From: Asterionella formosa
Lineage: Eukaryota
Assembly (NCBI GenBank): GCA_002256025.1
Contig: NKIB01012973.1
Coordinates: 1-64,000 of the forward strand
DNA: 64,000 nt
Reading direction: 5' to 3'
The notes under the pieces were generated by a model, which was not told where the DNA came from, ran no database searches, and saw only the letters and a program-made list of their open reading frames with translations. Below are positions 13,330 through 24,851 of this stretch, piece by piece (position 1 is the stretch's first letter; each line of letters begins with the position of its first letter). A program made the translations under genes and the position numbers.

Positions 13330-14229
13330 GTATTGGCGAGATTCAATGCAAGTGTTTCCGTGTTTGGAACTAGCACCTTCTCCGCATCATCACAATTGTA
13401 GTTCGCCACCATTAGTAGTAGTGCCTGTATTTTCCTTTTTTTGCCAGTGGTTTGATCCCTGATTTTTAAAGCCTTTGTTGTGCTATGAAACAACGATGAT
13501 GATGCCTGCGGTTTGCTAGTATTGTCACCCACCCACTTAGAGTGCTTGCATTCTCGCCGTGGTGATGACGCCTTTTTCCTGACGATTCCCCAACGGGAAC
13601 CCTGAAGCATGTATAAGCTAGGCAACCAGAAAATTCCTTGCTTCTCTGTTTTTGTACTAGACTGGTCATTATTTTTTTCGTCTTTTATACTTGGCTAAAA
13701 AGTGTTTTTTTTACTAAATCATATAAAGATGAAAATGAGTTGTGTCATCTCATTTTTCCCATTCAAAAATTGATGTGCGTGAAAAAATGAGAAGAATTTT
13801 ATTCTCAAACTACCCAAGAAATTTGTTCTTATGCTGCGAAAACTCATAAAGGGTTACATAAAAAAACAAATTGATGCGTTTAAATCTCTGGCATATTGGA
13901 ATTTTTTCAAACAATTCAAAATTTCATTCAAACGATTGCACATAAACTCCACCCAACGAATGTGAGTGTTATTTTGGATGTTGATGGCAAACCGGTAGAT
14001 AATTGTCGTGGTTTCACTTATAATGGACAATATATCCAGTTGTGTTTTTGCGTGCACCTAATATGTGATTATATTTGTTGAAATAAAATTTTAGAGGACG
14101 TGAAGACACGAGGAGAGAAAACATAGTCTATAGGGGCCAATATCTCACGCATGGTCACTGTGCATCCTTCCATCAGCTCGCACTGTAGGGGATGGCGGAG
14201 CCAAGCTTCGTGGAAAGAGTTTAAGCCTC

Positions 14230-16980
14230 CTGTTGTATTCCAAGCATTGTGAGAAGTTGCCACTGTTTTAAGCCAAGCATTTTCTGAGATAAACTGTGTC
14301 ACTGTTTCCTTATGTGGCATGGGAGTAGGGACAGCAAGCAATCCTGTTGGCGAACCTTTCTAGAAGAGGCATACATGAGTGCTATGAGGTTATCCATATA
14401 CAAGTGAATTTCCATTGTTGGCGTCTGGGATTGCCTAGCAACCATTTACCAAGCGGAATGCATAGTCGACAGGAGGTGTGATGGCAGATAGTGGCATTTA
14501 GGTTTTTCCGCCACAACGCCCAGGCTGTCTTCGATGGATTGGCATTTGTGCAACACTCGTAGTTGCTTGTCTGATCTGCATGATGACAAACCCCTTTGAG
14601 AATATTTCTTGAGACGAATTTACCATTCGCATTGCTTATATCTGCTACCAATGTGACGCATAGGTACAGTCGACAAACACTCAATTATTGAGAACCTTTG
14701 GGGGAAATTTGAATTGCGGTGACGACCAGACATCCATGAGATTCTGATCACTAATTCGTTCTGGGCCCAAGTCCCACTGTTTCTCCAAATGAATCTTACT
14801 CTTTATGGAGTGTGCCAATTCACAAATACTGGTGAGCCAGGACCTGTCCATATATTTGAGAAGGATACCGGGATCATATCATGTTAAGGGAGGGCGGGCG
14901 TGAAACACCAATCACTAGTTGCAAGTCTTCCAAAAGAATTTGTATCAGTTGTCCTTTTCCGTCATTATGGCAAACATGACTTATGAGAGGAGATTGTATT
15001 TGATAAATCCCCTGATCAGTATATATGTCCGTGAAACCAAAGCATCCTAATGACAGGGATAGTCATAGAGTTGAAGTCCATCTTGGACAAAATAGTAGGG
15101 AGTATAAGCGATCTATTGTAGTGCTTTCTGAGGATGTAAAAGTGTTGCCACACAGTGGACATTTCATGGAAGGGCAAATCATTGCTGTGTATTCAATCAT
15201 GACCTCCTTTCGTTGCAAATCCAACACTGCCATGTTTTGTCCAAATATTTTTCCCTTATGGACTAGATGATGTAATTCGTCATCGTTAAGGTCACTGGCA
15301 GCCAGTCTTGCACCTAGGGTTTGTGGGCCTTCACGGGTGTTGTCCTTTCGTGGAAATTCTATTTAATGATTGATGTTTCCTCCAGAGGTTAGTTGGATGG
15401 TGAGAAGCAGTTCTTCCTGGAGTTTCTGTATGTATTCATCATTAATAATCTTCCAATCCATTGCGACATAGAAGCATTTTTCTAGAGCTAGAGCGCCGCC
15501 AGTAGTGTAAAGAAGTTGCTCCCAATATTGGGCAATCGCCTGCATTTCTTGAGCAAGTGTGTGGATTTCCCTGATGTCCAAATCCAAAATTAGTTCGGTA
15601 TCATCAATGTAAGTTTCAGCCGCGCGTGTAAGGGAGCTTGTTCGTCGAAGAGTCTGAAATGTAATCCCACGAAATTTCTTAGATATCTCCCAGCAGTATG
15701 TAGGTAATTGCCAAGAACCAAAGAGCTGGAGAAGCCCCGCAGCCCTGAAGAGTCCCTAAAACCCAGTTTTGTACATTTGAATATTTAGCCTCCGAAATGC
15801 CCATTGCTGTTTTAATCCGGTAAGACATTTTCTCCAGCGTTTTCACCAATGTTTGAGCTGTTTGCTCATTGGCCCCCATTCGGGGGAGGGTGATGCCACC
15901 TACGGATGGTACCATCCAGTCAAAAGCTACTTTTCCGTCGTTGTTAAAAATGATGGCTGGCTATCTTCTTACAGACTCGGATTCCATTGTAGATTAGGCG
16001 TTTTATGACTATGGCATCCATGGATGAACGGTTGGGGCGAGAACCCCATTGTAAGTTTGAAAGTAGCTTTTCATCTTCGGTGCAATGGATCAACCGCCAG
16101 CTGAACAGAATCCGTAGCATCATGTTCAAGTCAGCTTCAATATGTTGTATCACCCGCTATTTGTCGATTCTAGGTGTGCCCTTGACTTTTTCCAACATGA
16201 TCTGAAGCGCATTTTGCCAACACTCTAAGGTGAAACCGAACTCATAGGGAACTGACATGAAAGTGGCATAAACCAAGCTGATAATCTCGTCTTGTAAAAT
16301 GGCTTTGTAATGGCGCAAGTGGCGTCCACAAAGGGAAGGAGAGATCTTCTTGGAAACTGCCTTGAAACCTTCTTGAAAGTCTCGGATGGAAATGTGGGAT
16401 GATATAGTATCTTAAAAATTTGGGTGGCCCACTATGATAAATTGGGCTACATACATAAAAGTTAGTATGTTTTATAGCCCATTCGTACTCCCCTCTTTCA
16501 AGGCAAGTCTTTCATTGTGCAACCTGCCGACAAGACCTGTACTTCCCAAGTTTTGTTAGCATAGGTGAGTCCCCAATCACCTTTCGCGAAAGGCGATCGT
16601 CTTAGCTGCAGGGTTACTAGGGGAAACTCTGACCGCCTAGGAAGGCGGCACAAGAATCATGGAAAAATGGGGAGAATGTAGGAGATTCTGCTACATTTTT
16701 GGGGAGAAATTCTCCCCTTTTTTCCGAGCTGACATTTATGTCGTCCATTATTGGTATTTCAATTTTATTGAGGCTACACCTTATCTCTCCCTTGGCATAA
16801 TTTTGTAGATGTGGCCAGAGCCTCTCCATATATTCTGCCTCCTTTATTGTCTTGATGTGGCCTCTTGAGGTTTATCAATTTTTGCGGCAGCATCGCAACA
16901 TAGGTTGACAGAAATTCCTCGCGCAAGTCTGTAGCCCTATCCTGTGTTAATAAAAACGTGGTCCATAGTTTCACCAAGGT
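14230..16980 (-). mobile_element. Decayed non-LTR retrotransposon (Ambal-like LINE) RT region
   Basis: SP.GRHL.HYKA, QWGSRPNRS, GTLQGCGASPALW, AETYIDDT (~15600), QYWEQLLYTTGGALALEKCF, CRLYL.V.LVADIS. Many frameshifts. Confidence 0.9.
16522..16654 (-). mobile_element. Body fragment of the SINE family seen at 57037-57334, inserted in the LINE
   Basis: Colinear match to 57037-57163 (acctgc.gacaagacctgt...aggggaaactc.gaccgcctagga...gcacaag). Confidence 0.75.
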
Positions 16981-17663
16981 GAAAATCGTAACAGCATACT
17001 AACCATGTATATAAAAAACATACTACACGCCGACAGGGTTTGTTACGTAGCACGTTGGTTGACACGGTAGTACTCCTCTCCACCATGGCGGAAAGTTCGC
17101 TTCCCCGCGATAGCAATGACAATATGAACGAATCCAACAATGTATCAGTCTCAATGTTTGGCGATTTATATCCAATTCGAATAACTGATACAAACAATGC
17201 ATTTATGATTGACTTCGAGGCGGAATATGCATTGATGACTAGAGAACCACCATATGACCCAAATGAAGACCGGACGGATGTTGCGGACACCATGTCGATC
17301 AACAAATATATCACTCCTCTAGGCGGCGAATGGAAGTCGATTAATAATAACAACCATCCACAGCACACCAATACAATCTCAATGACAACATGATGGATGT
17401 AATGGATGCCTATACTACAATTTACAATGAGAAGAATTACAATGAACGGAACTTTACACTTCAGAATAGCAAGGCGATCATGAATATGAAGCCACAATTT
17501 GAAATGACCGATGATCAGCTGGCAGCAATGGCATGTCGACCCAAGGTGCGTACAATCCAGAAATACCACATCCCTATGTCTCCAATGGCGAATTAAAGGA
17601 TACAACGGAGGCCTCTTGTCATGAATTCAGCAAGCATTACCACAAGGAAGGGAAAACGAAACA

Positions 17664-17894
17664 AAAAATTATAAAAAATTATTAAGTAAATGTTATGGTA
17701 CGCTATTGTTAAAGAACTCGACAATTGTGGAGGTTGTGAAGTCGCACTTGGCCCCCCAGAGGGCCTTAGACCTGCTTGTTGTCTGCCTCACCACCCGGAA
17801 CCCAGCCAAGGGACTACATAAACAAAGCAGGTGGAGAATGCGGGAATCGAACCCGCCACCTCGGAAGGTGAGTTGACCAACTAAGCCATTCCCC
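17664..17894 (-). mobile_element. tRNA-Ala-derived SINE (~230 bp) with 17-bp TSD
   Basis: Minus strand GGGGAATGGCTTAGTTGG (A box)...GAGGTGGCGGGTTCGATTCCCGCATTCTCCA (B box). Acceptor stem has G3:U70. Anticodon arm shortened. AT-rich tail. Flanks gaagggaaaacgaaaca (17647-17663) / gaagggaaaacaaaaca (17895-17911). Confidence 0.88.
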
Positions 17895-18850
17895 GAAGGG
17901 AAAACAAAACATATGAATCATCATGCGGAGAATACTGCTATACAAATATTTGATAGTGGTACTCAGAAGGAAGTTACAGCTGCTTCGATTCAAGATAACA
18001 CAAAGAAAACACTAAAACGAAAGGAAAATACAAGTAACAAGTGTCAAGAGACCCCGAAAAATGAGTAACAATTTGCCAGTCATAACAATTGGGATGCAAT
18101 CATGGAAGCATCAAGCACAGTATTTAACCAGCAATAATGCACAGAAAGTAATTTTTGTCTACCAACAAAACCAATGCAAAGATGATCATGGCACCAATAT
18201 CTGTCACCAAAGCAGAATGGGGGGAAGGGGGCTACCAATGGATGCAAGGGAGGGATACAGTGCTTGAGGATAATCACCAACACCCCGACTAGGCAAGGAA
18301 ACCGAAGAACAACATGAATCATGCAACAACAATAGCTGAACCCTTATATAAGCAGAAAGGAAACACAACATACAAAGAATGGATAATGGATCCTGAAGAT
18401 AAGGATGAATGGAAAACTGTTCTCTCTCCTAAGCACAAATCAAAGATGAATCAGACCACAATGATAAGACCCCTAGTGCCATCCTTGGGAAGGGGTGGAG
18501 GCCTCACAACAATTTATATACTTGCCTACTACATGCATTAATCTAACCAACATATCCATCACCTGCATCGCCCTGCCTGGAAAATGCATATTGCTTTTTA
18601 GGTACTGATGAGGGCTTCTTTAAAGGACATGGATCGAGCCAGGTTAGTTACTGAGCATGTTACAACTAGCTATACTGGAACAGAGGAGTATATTTTATTG
18701 TGCTACCAGGTACCAGGTACCTCATGATAGACTGCTACCATGCAAATACGTACATTTTATGCATGTATATTTTGTAGTCTATGTGATCTGTACGTATTCG
18801 AACATTTTCGTTTGTACTGCTTAGACTCACGTAACCTCGGCATCTCAAAT

Positions 18851-18885
18851 CCTCTGGCTAGTCCTCTGGCTAGTCCTCTGGCTAG
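18851..18885 (+). repeat. 12-bp tandem repeat x3 (cctctggctagt)
   Basis: Direct reading of the sequence. Confidence 0.9.
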
Positions 18886-19247
18886 GCTGTGTGGGAAGTA
18901 TCGTCCACATTTTCCCGTCCTGGCTGTTGTGGCTACCGGTACCAGGGTACTTAATACACAGAAGACACATAACGGTACTGTGCATAAAATTCAAAAACAG
19001 ACGATGTTATGCACGTGTAGCTCGTTTTTGCCTCTGAAGACGAATCTACTTATTCATGTTTGTTTATATGTATAATGATTCAAGATCTGATGTTTAACTC
19101 CCATTGATAGAGATCGGCCATCAGGTAGGACAATTAATTTTTACAACAAATGATGTACCCCTATTTATCATCAGCACAGGAGTCGACAATTACATATACC
19201 AGAATTTACATTCCGAAACCTTCTGGAACGCACTTCAAGACGCAATT

Positions 19248-20714
19248 ATGTTTGTTCGACTCCTACTTGCTTTACTGATGGTGACCGCAGTGGAAGCTCA
19301 CGGAAAGGCGCATGCAACAGTTCAAACGCTGACGAAGGAGAATTTTCAGAGCGCGTTGGAGGATCCTGCCAATGGATTGTGGTTTCTCAAGTTTTATGCT
19401 CCTTGGTGCGGGCACTGCAAGAAAATGGCACCAATGCTTGAGGAGCTAGCTCCTCGGCTGGAAGGAAAGATGGCGAGTAAGTAGACTTTGACAACGAGTT
19501 GTGACTGTCAAGTGATGGGAAACGTATGTAGTGCACAAAATACTGACTCATAGTGCTAATGTGCTTGTTTTCACGCGATTTACACAGTCGGGAAGATCGA
19601 CTGCACAACCCAAAAGAAGCTATGTAATGAGTACGGTATCAAGGGATACCCGACTCTCAAGTTTTCTCTAGACGGCGACATCATGGACTACCCTGCGTCT
19701 CGGAAACCAGAACATATTCTGGGCTTCGCAAAGAAAATGTCATCGCCTGCAGTCACTGTCGTCAAGTCATATGGCGAAGCCATCCAAGCGGCTGCGGAGA
19801 GCGAAGAAGGTATAGGATTTGTCGCATATCATCCCGAAATGGTAGGAGACTCCTTCCAGGATGAATTTCAGAAGTCACTCCTGACCCAGGTCTTTGGTCA
19901 AGTTGCTCGCAAGAATCAACATCTTGCTCACTTTATCCTTCTGGTAGGGGACACGAACGTCGTTAGTGAATTTGGAATCGAAGACGTTTCAAACGGCTTT
20001 GTTGCCAAGATCGAGTTAAACATTGCCCCAACTATTTGGAAGCCAGCTGAGGTCAGCTCGCCGGGCCTCTTGAAATTTGTAAAAGAACAAAATTTGCCCC
20101 TCGTGTCAGCGTTGGGACCCCATAACTTCCACAAAATTGGAAACACAGGTCGCCCTATGGTAATTGCTGCAGTCGACACAAAGGACGATGCACAAGTGGA
20201 AAGGCTAAATGCAGAGTTGAAAGAATATGCTTTGACTGGACCCAGAGAGATCGTCGATCAATATTACTTTGGATGGATGGACGGGAAGATGTGGCAAAAG
20301 TTCCTAGAACAGTTTGAAGTTTCGCCTAATTCGCTTCCCCAAATTTTTGTCCTTGATGTTCCTTCCAAGAAATATTGGCAAGATTCCACTTACACTACCG
20401 TTAAGGACTTTATGGCGGCTGTGGCACAAGGCGAAATTCCAATCAAATTTTCTAGCGGTCCGCAGAAGGGTCTTGCCGGAACCCTAAAGAAGGCGGAATA
20501 TATGTTTTTCAAGTACTTGCCTTGGTCTCTATGCATTTTGGTTACATGTTGTGTTCTAATTGTGATAATGATTATGCCTGCAGCCGAAGAGATGAGACCA
20601 CCGTATTCTTCAAAGGTCACCAAGGGTCTGACAAAGTCTAAGCCGGTAGTTGGGACTGAACATACTATTCAAGAAATTGATGATGGAGAAGAAGAGCCAA
20701 AGAAGGACAAATAA
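19248..20714 (+). CDS. Membrane-anchored protein disulfide isomerase (TMX3-like); exons 19248-19476, 19588-20714 (451 aa)
   Basis: Signal peptide, FYAPWCGHCK, GT..AG intron 19477-19587 restores IGKIDCT...GYPTLK, b/b' domains, C-terminal TM helix and KKDK dilysine ER-retrieval signal. Confidence 0.92.
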
Positions 20715-20838
20715 ATACTGAACCTTGAAGAATGCTATATAGTTTAGAATTAGCAGTTTATTTACGGTAGCCTCTTGTTACTATACACGTGTAGCAGTGC
20801 CTTCATTTGAGCACAAATTAGCTTTTTTTCGATGGCGT

Positions 20839-22206
20839 TCAGGGGAACACAAAGGCGTGGACACTCTGGTCCTTGTCAAAGCAACGAAAGGGTTGTTTGC
20901 CTTTGGACTTCATCTTGTCACTTACTGCAACTATCATATTTTCATCAAGCCAATGGATTCCTTCAATGTTGCAGTAGACAACCTCGCAGTCATCATTCAT
21001 TGGAAAGTGATACACTTCGGGTTTTCCTTCCTCTGAATCCACCAATGCAAGCGTCTCCAAATCATAGAGCCCATTCTCTTGTAATCCAACCAGTCTTCCG
21101 ACCCAAATTTTGCTGTCTTCTTGTGAGGAAATAGCAACACGTCCTTTCTCGTCCACTGTGATGGCAGAATAATCCAAAAAGTCAGCAGACACGGGTATGT
21201 CAATCATTTTGAGAGTCTTCCACATGCAAGATCCGTCATGAGCCAAGGTCTTTTGCATAGCCACTAGTCGGCCATTGCCACGATCTCCCTTATCTTTCTC
21301 GGAACAATGATTACCTTCACAAAGACCAAGTATAGTAAGTCTGTTTCTGAGATCCTTTACCCCAATTGCTCCCTCAAAGCCCTTGCTATCTCCTTCGAAT
21401 TCAAACTCCGATCGGCACTGACCAGTCACAGTGTAATTGTCAACTGAGATCTGTAGTTCTTCCACAATGGCGTAGTATGCCTGTTTCCTTCTCTTGGTTG
21501 CATTAGAAGTGTGAAGAACCGACTCCCGAACAACATAAAAAATACCATCGGAGTGCACAATTCCTTCGTATCCACTGTCTTCGTTCTTTACGCGTTCAGG
21601 ATCTCCAATTTGAACGTTGGTGTCAGCAAATGGTAGCAAGGCCGACCCAAATTTGGAAATTGCCCAGGAAGAGTCGCATACAGCATAGAAGTCATCGCCA
21701 ACCTTGATGACATCAGAGGCTTCAAATTTCTTTTGGCCACGGCAATCCTTGAAAAGAGCAGCAAATGGCATTTCGTAGGCCTTTTTGAGAGTTCGCTTGG
21801 AGTACCGCCCATTATCGCAGCGTCGATTCTCCTCGCTGCAACAAGTTCGAGAAAGGGGGCGATGATGAGAAATTGCTCCTCATGATGCAAAGGACAGTGT
21901 ACATGCTGCTCCTTACCGGGAAGAGCTAAGTGGATCCAAAGCTTCAACTGCCCCTGCCGGGTGCACCTCGAAGTCAGCACCTGCGGGGCGCCGCATCACA
22001 AAGGCAGCAGCAACTCCCAGGGCAATCAAGAAAACCGACAGCGCAGCCAAGTGAGAAAGGCGCTTCGTATTCTGGACATCGCCTAATCCCTGTGCCCTTA
22101 TAGGTAGCAACTTACCCGTGAGCCGATCTGTTTCAGCTGCCATGATCATCACTTGTTCGGCTGTGGGACGAGCAAATGGAGGGACTTCACAAATTTTGCA
22201 AAGCAT
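20839..22206 (-). CDS. Hypothetical type-II membrane/secreted beta-propeller-like protein; intron 21836-21916; start uncertain (22206/22149/22143)
   Basis: Hydrophobic anchor in exon 1. The GTAAG...TGCAG intron joins in frame to the 310-aa ORF. Repeated blade-like motifs FEASDV, YEGI, FEGA, YSAI, IEGI..VAVSD. Confidence 0.75.
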
Positions 22207-22237
22207 GGCCGCTTGAATTACCAGTACCTGGTACCTG

Positions 22238-24420
22238 TGTTGGAACTAACAGATGGGAAGACAAAGTTGTCAGATGGTGAGACAAAAATAGCATACGGTA
22301 AGACAAAATTATTAGGACACAATGACGAGTGGGTCACAATTGAAGCAAGAAGGAAGAAAAAGAAAAGTGTACCCAAGAACAAAAACAAGACTGATGTCAG
22401 AAATTTCACGACTACTGGTGTAGATTAATGGACATGAATATTGGCTCATTCTATTTTAATTCTCCGGTTTACAAACAATTCAATCACCCTGTCCCTATTG
22501 CACACTGGATCTGTTGCTTGATCAGCACAGAGGTGCTGCTGTAGAAACAGTGGTTTCAACAGAATTAAAATAGAAAAGCAGAGATATAGAATCATGAAAA
22601 AGGATGAAGGAGTCAAGGTTGAAGACAGGGAAGGTGTAACAAAGGACAAAAGGAGAACATAGACCTAAAGAAGAAAGGATCATATCAGTTCTCAAAGTCC
22701 ACAAATCGACACATCCCTACAAAATTTGAGGGCAAATGCAATGACCTTGAAGGGAACATATATGATTGTTCTGATGCAAGACAATCAGATTTGTTTGCAA
22801 AGACTACCAAAGAGATTGCCAGCTATCTTGGAAGAACATACAAGTATGGTGGTGACATTTGCCTGGTGGTCAAGAATCTTGAAATGGTTGCCCTTGACAT
22901 GCCAAAAGACCCGCCCAAGGGGGCAACATGGACAGAAAATAGGATCTGGGAGAAAGAAGTTCATGAGCATGTCAAATGGACAGCTTATCTCAAAAAGAAC
23001 ATTTGCACTCTATAATCCCTTGTGTGGGGGCAATGTTCAGACATTGTGCAACAAAGAGTAGAGGCAATGGACACATTTGGGCAAATGTCTACCACTGGTG
23101 ATGGACTAATGTTACTCAGAGCAATTAAAGATATCACATACAACTTCCAGAGTCAGAAATATCTGCTGCACTCATTATATGAAGCAATCTAAGTGAAGAA
23201 GGTTTCACATGCTTTTCCAAGGGAGAACAACTACAACACAAGCTTATCTGGAACAATTCCAGAATATGATAGATGTGATCCAGCACAGTGGTGGGAGCAT
23301 TGGTGAGGACAGTGGAGTTGAGAAGATGATTCTTGGAAAGAAAAGCAAAGATAACTTATCAGAAGCAGAGCTGATTGACTTACAAGAAGAGATAAAGGAT
23401 TGATCCATGGCAGTGGCATTCTGACTTGGTGCCGATCGTCTCCGATATGGAAAACTTGTCAAAAATATGGAAAATGATTACCTACAGGGGCACAACAATT
23501 ACCCAACCACTGTGTCAGCCACCTATCATCTATTCATCAATTGGAAACAGGATCCCCAACTTGGTTTCTGTGAGGTGGGCCCCATTAGCCATGAAGTGTC
23601 ATTCAACACTATTGATGGAGTTGATTCAATGCTGCTCAATAATGGAGGAAGGGGGCGACAGAAAGGAAAAGCTAATGTGACCTGCAATTTGACTGACTGC
23701 GCAGCGAAATTGCTACATTAGGAATCACGCTCAATACTGCTTCCAATGATGAACATGTGCCAGAGATTGAATGCCACATCCAAACTCTAAAAGAGAGGGT
23801 CCAAAGTGTCTACACAATGCTGCCATTTCAATGCATCCCAACACATATCATAAATGAGTTGATATATATTTCTCTGTGTTTTGGCTCAACAGCTTTCCTG
23901 ACGCTGGGGAATATCTGATACACTGAGCCCACGCACCATAATTGTGGGATCCACCATTGATTAAGCACAACACTGTTGCATTGAGTTTGGCACATATGTG
24001 CAGACACATGAGACCCATGACAACAGCATGACTTCTCGCACAACCGGTGCTCTTGCTCTTTGGCCCACAGGCAATCATCAAGTTGGGCACCTATTCTTTA
24101 GCCTTAGTATGGGACAGATCCTAAATCAAAACCATTGGACAGCCCTTCCTATGCCCTTGGAAGTTGTGGACAGAGTGCATGTCCTTGCATGATGTAGCTT
24201 CTCCAACCGCATTCTCACCTTTGCCAACCGTGATGGGGTCAAGGCTGATGAAGATGATGACGATGAATCAAATCATCCCAGTGATGACAATGATGATGAC
24301 AATAGCACCAATGATGACAATTATAATAATGGTGATGAAAACCATGCTGGAAACAATCCCATTGTGGCTGGCCTATTGCGTCTGGCAGTCATGGTATGAA
24401 TCATTGGGATTGAATTGTAA
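22238..24420 (+). mobile_element. Decayed, internally deleted CoDi-like Copia element (gag + integrase fragments)
   Basis: Begins TGTTGG. Gag-like FEGKC.DL.G.IYDC...FAKTTKEIASYLGRTYKYGGDI and LENDY-like MENDYLQG.NNYP.TV. Integrase EHVPEIE..I.TLKER, WLN.FP, THETHDNSMTSRT.GALAL.PTGN, W..LPMP.EVVDRVH. Confidence 0.9.
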
Positions 24421-24851
24421 CTGAATACTGACAGGTGCACATAAAACGTGTGCTACTGGACCTTCCCAGGTTCGGTACCAGGTACCAGGTACCTGGTAGC
24501 TACTCCGTAGAACGACCACCTGCAAGTTGCGGTAAATTTGCTGAAACTAAAGATTTAGCTCTCTTTATCCTAGATTAAAATGTTAGTTAAAGCAAAATGA
24601 CCGCAACTTGCCTGGTACAATAATTCCAGTGCGTATATACCTGTACCTGATACTAACTACCGCTAGACTAGTTACCAGGTACTCCGGTTGCCTATCTTAC
24701 GGATATCAGATACATACCAGGTACCAGGTACCATACCATACTCTGCGTTAGACCAGTGTGGTAAGCAACCTATGATTTGTCATCATCACTTTCATGCTCC
24801 TATCGTAGAATCGTTGCTCATTGTTCCACCCAGGATAGCAAGTTCACCACC

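Noticed and set aside
16562..16640. Hammerhead (GAGTC...GAAACTC) or twister (CCTAACACTGC in the 57-kb copy, minus strand)
   Set aside because: CUGANGA is missing, the GUC triplet is not conserved in the second copy, and no twister L4/pseudoknot partner was found.
17831..17894. Functional tRNA gene
   Set aside because: The anticodon arm is collapsed, and the sequence is embedded in a TSD-flanked element with a tail, so it is a SINE head.
16937..18541. Protein-coding genes from short ORFs
   Set aside because: Fragmented, no motifs and interrupted by a SINE. Possibly LINE ORF1 debris, but unsupported.
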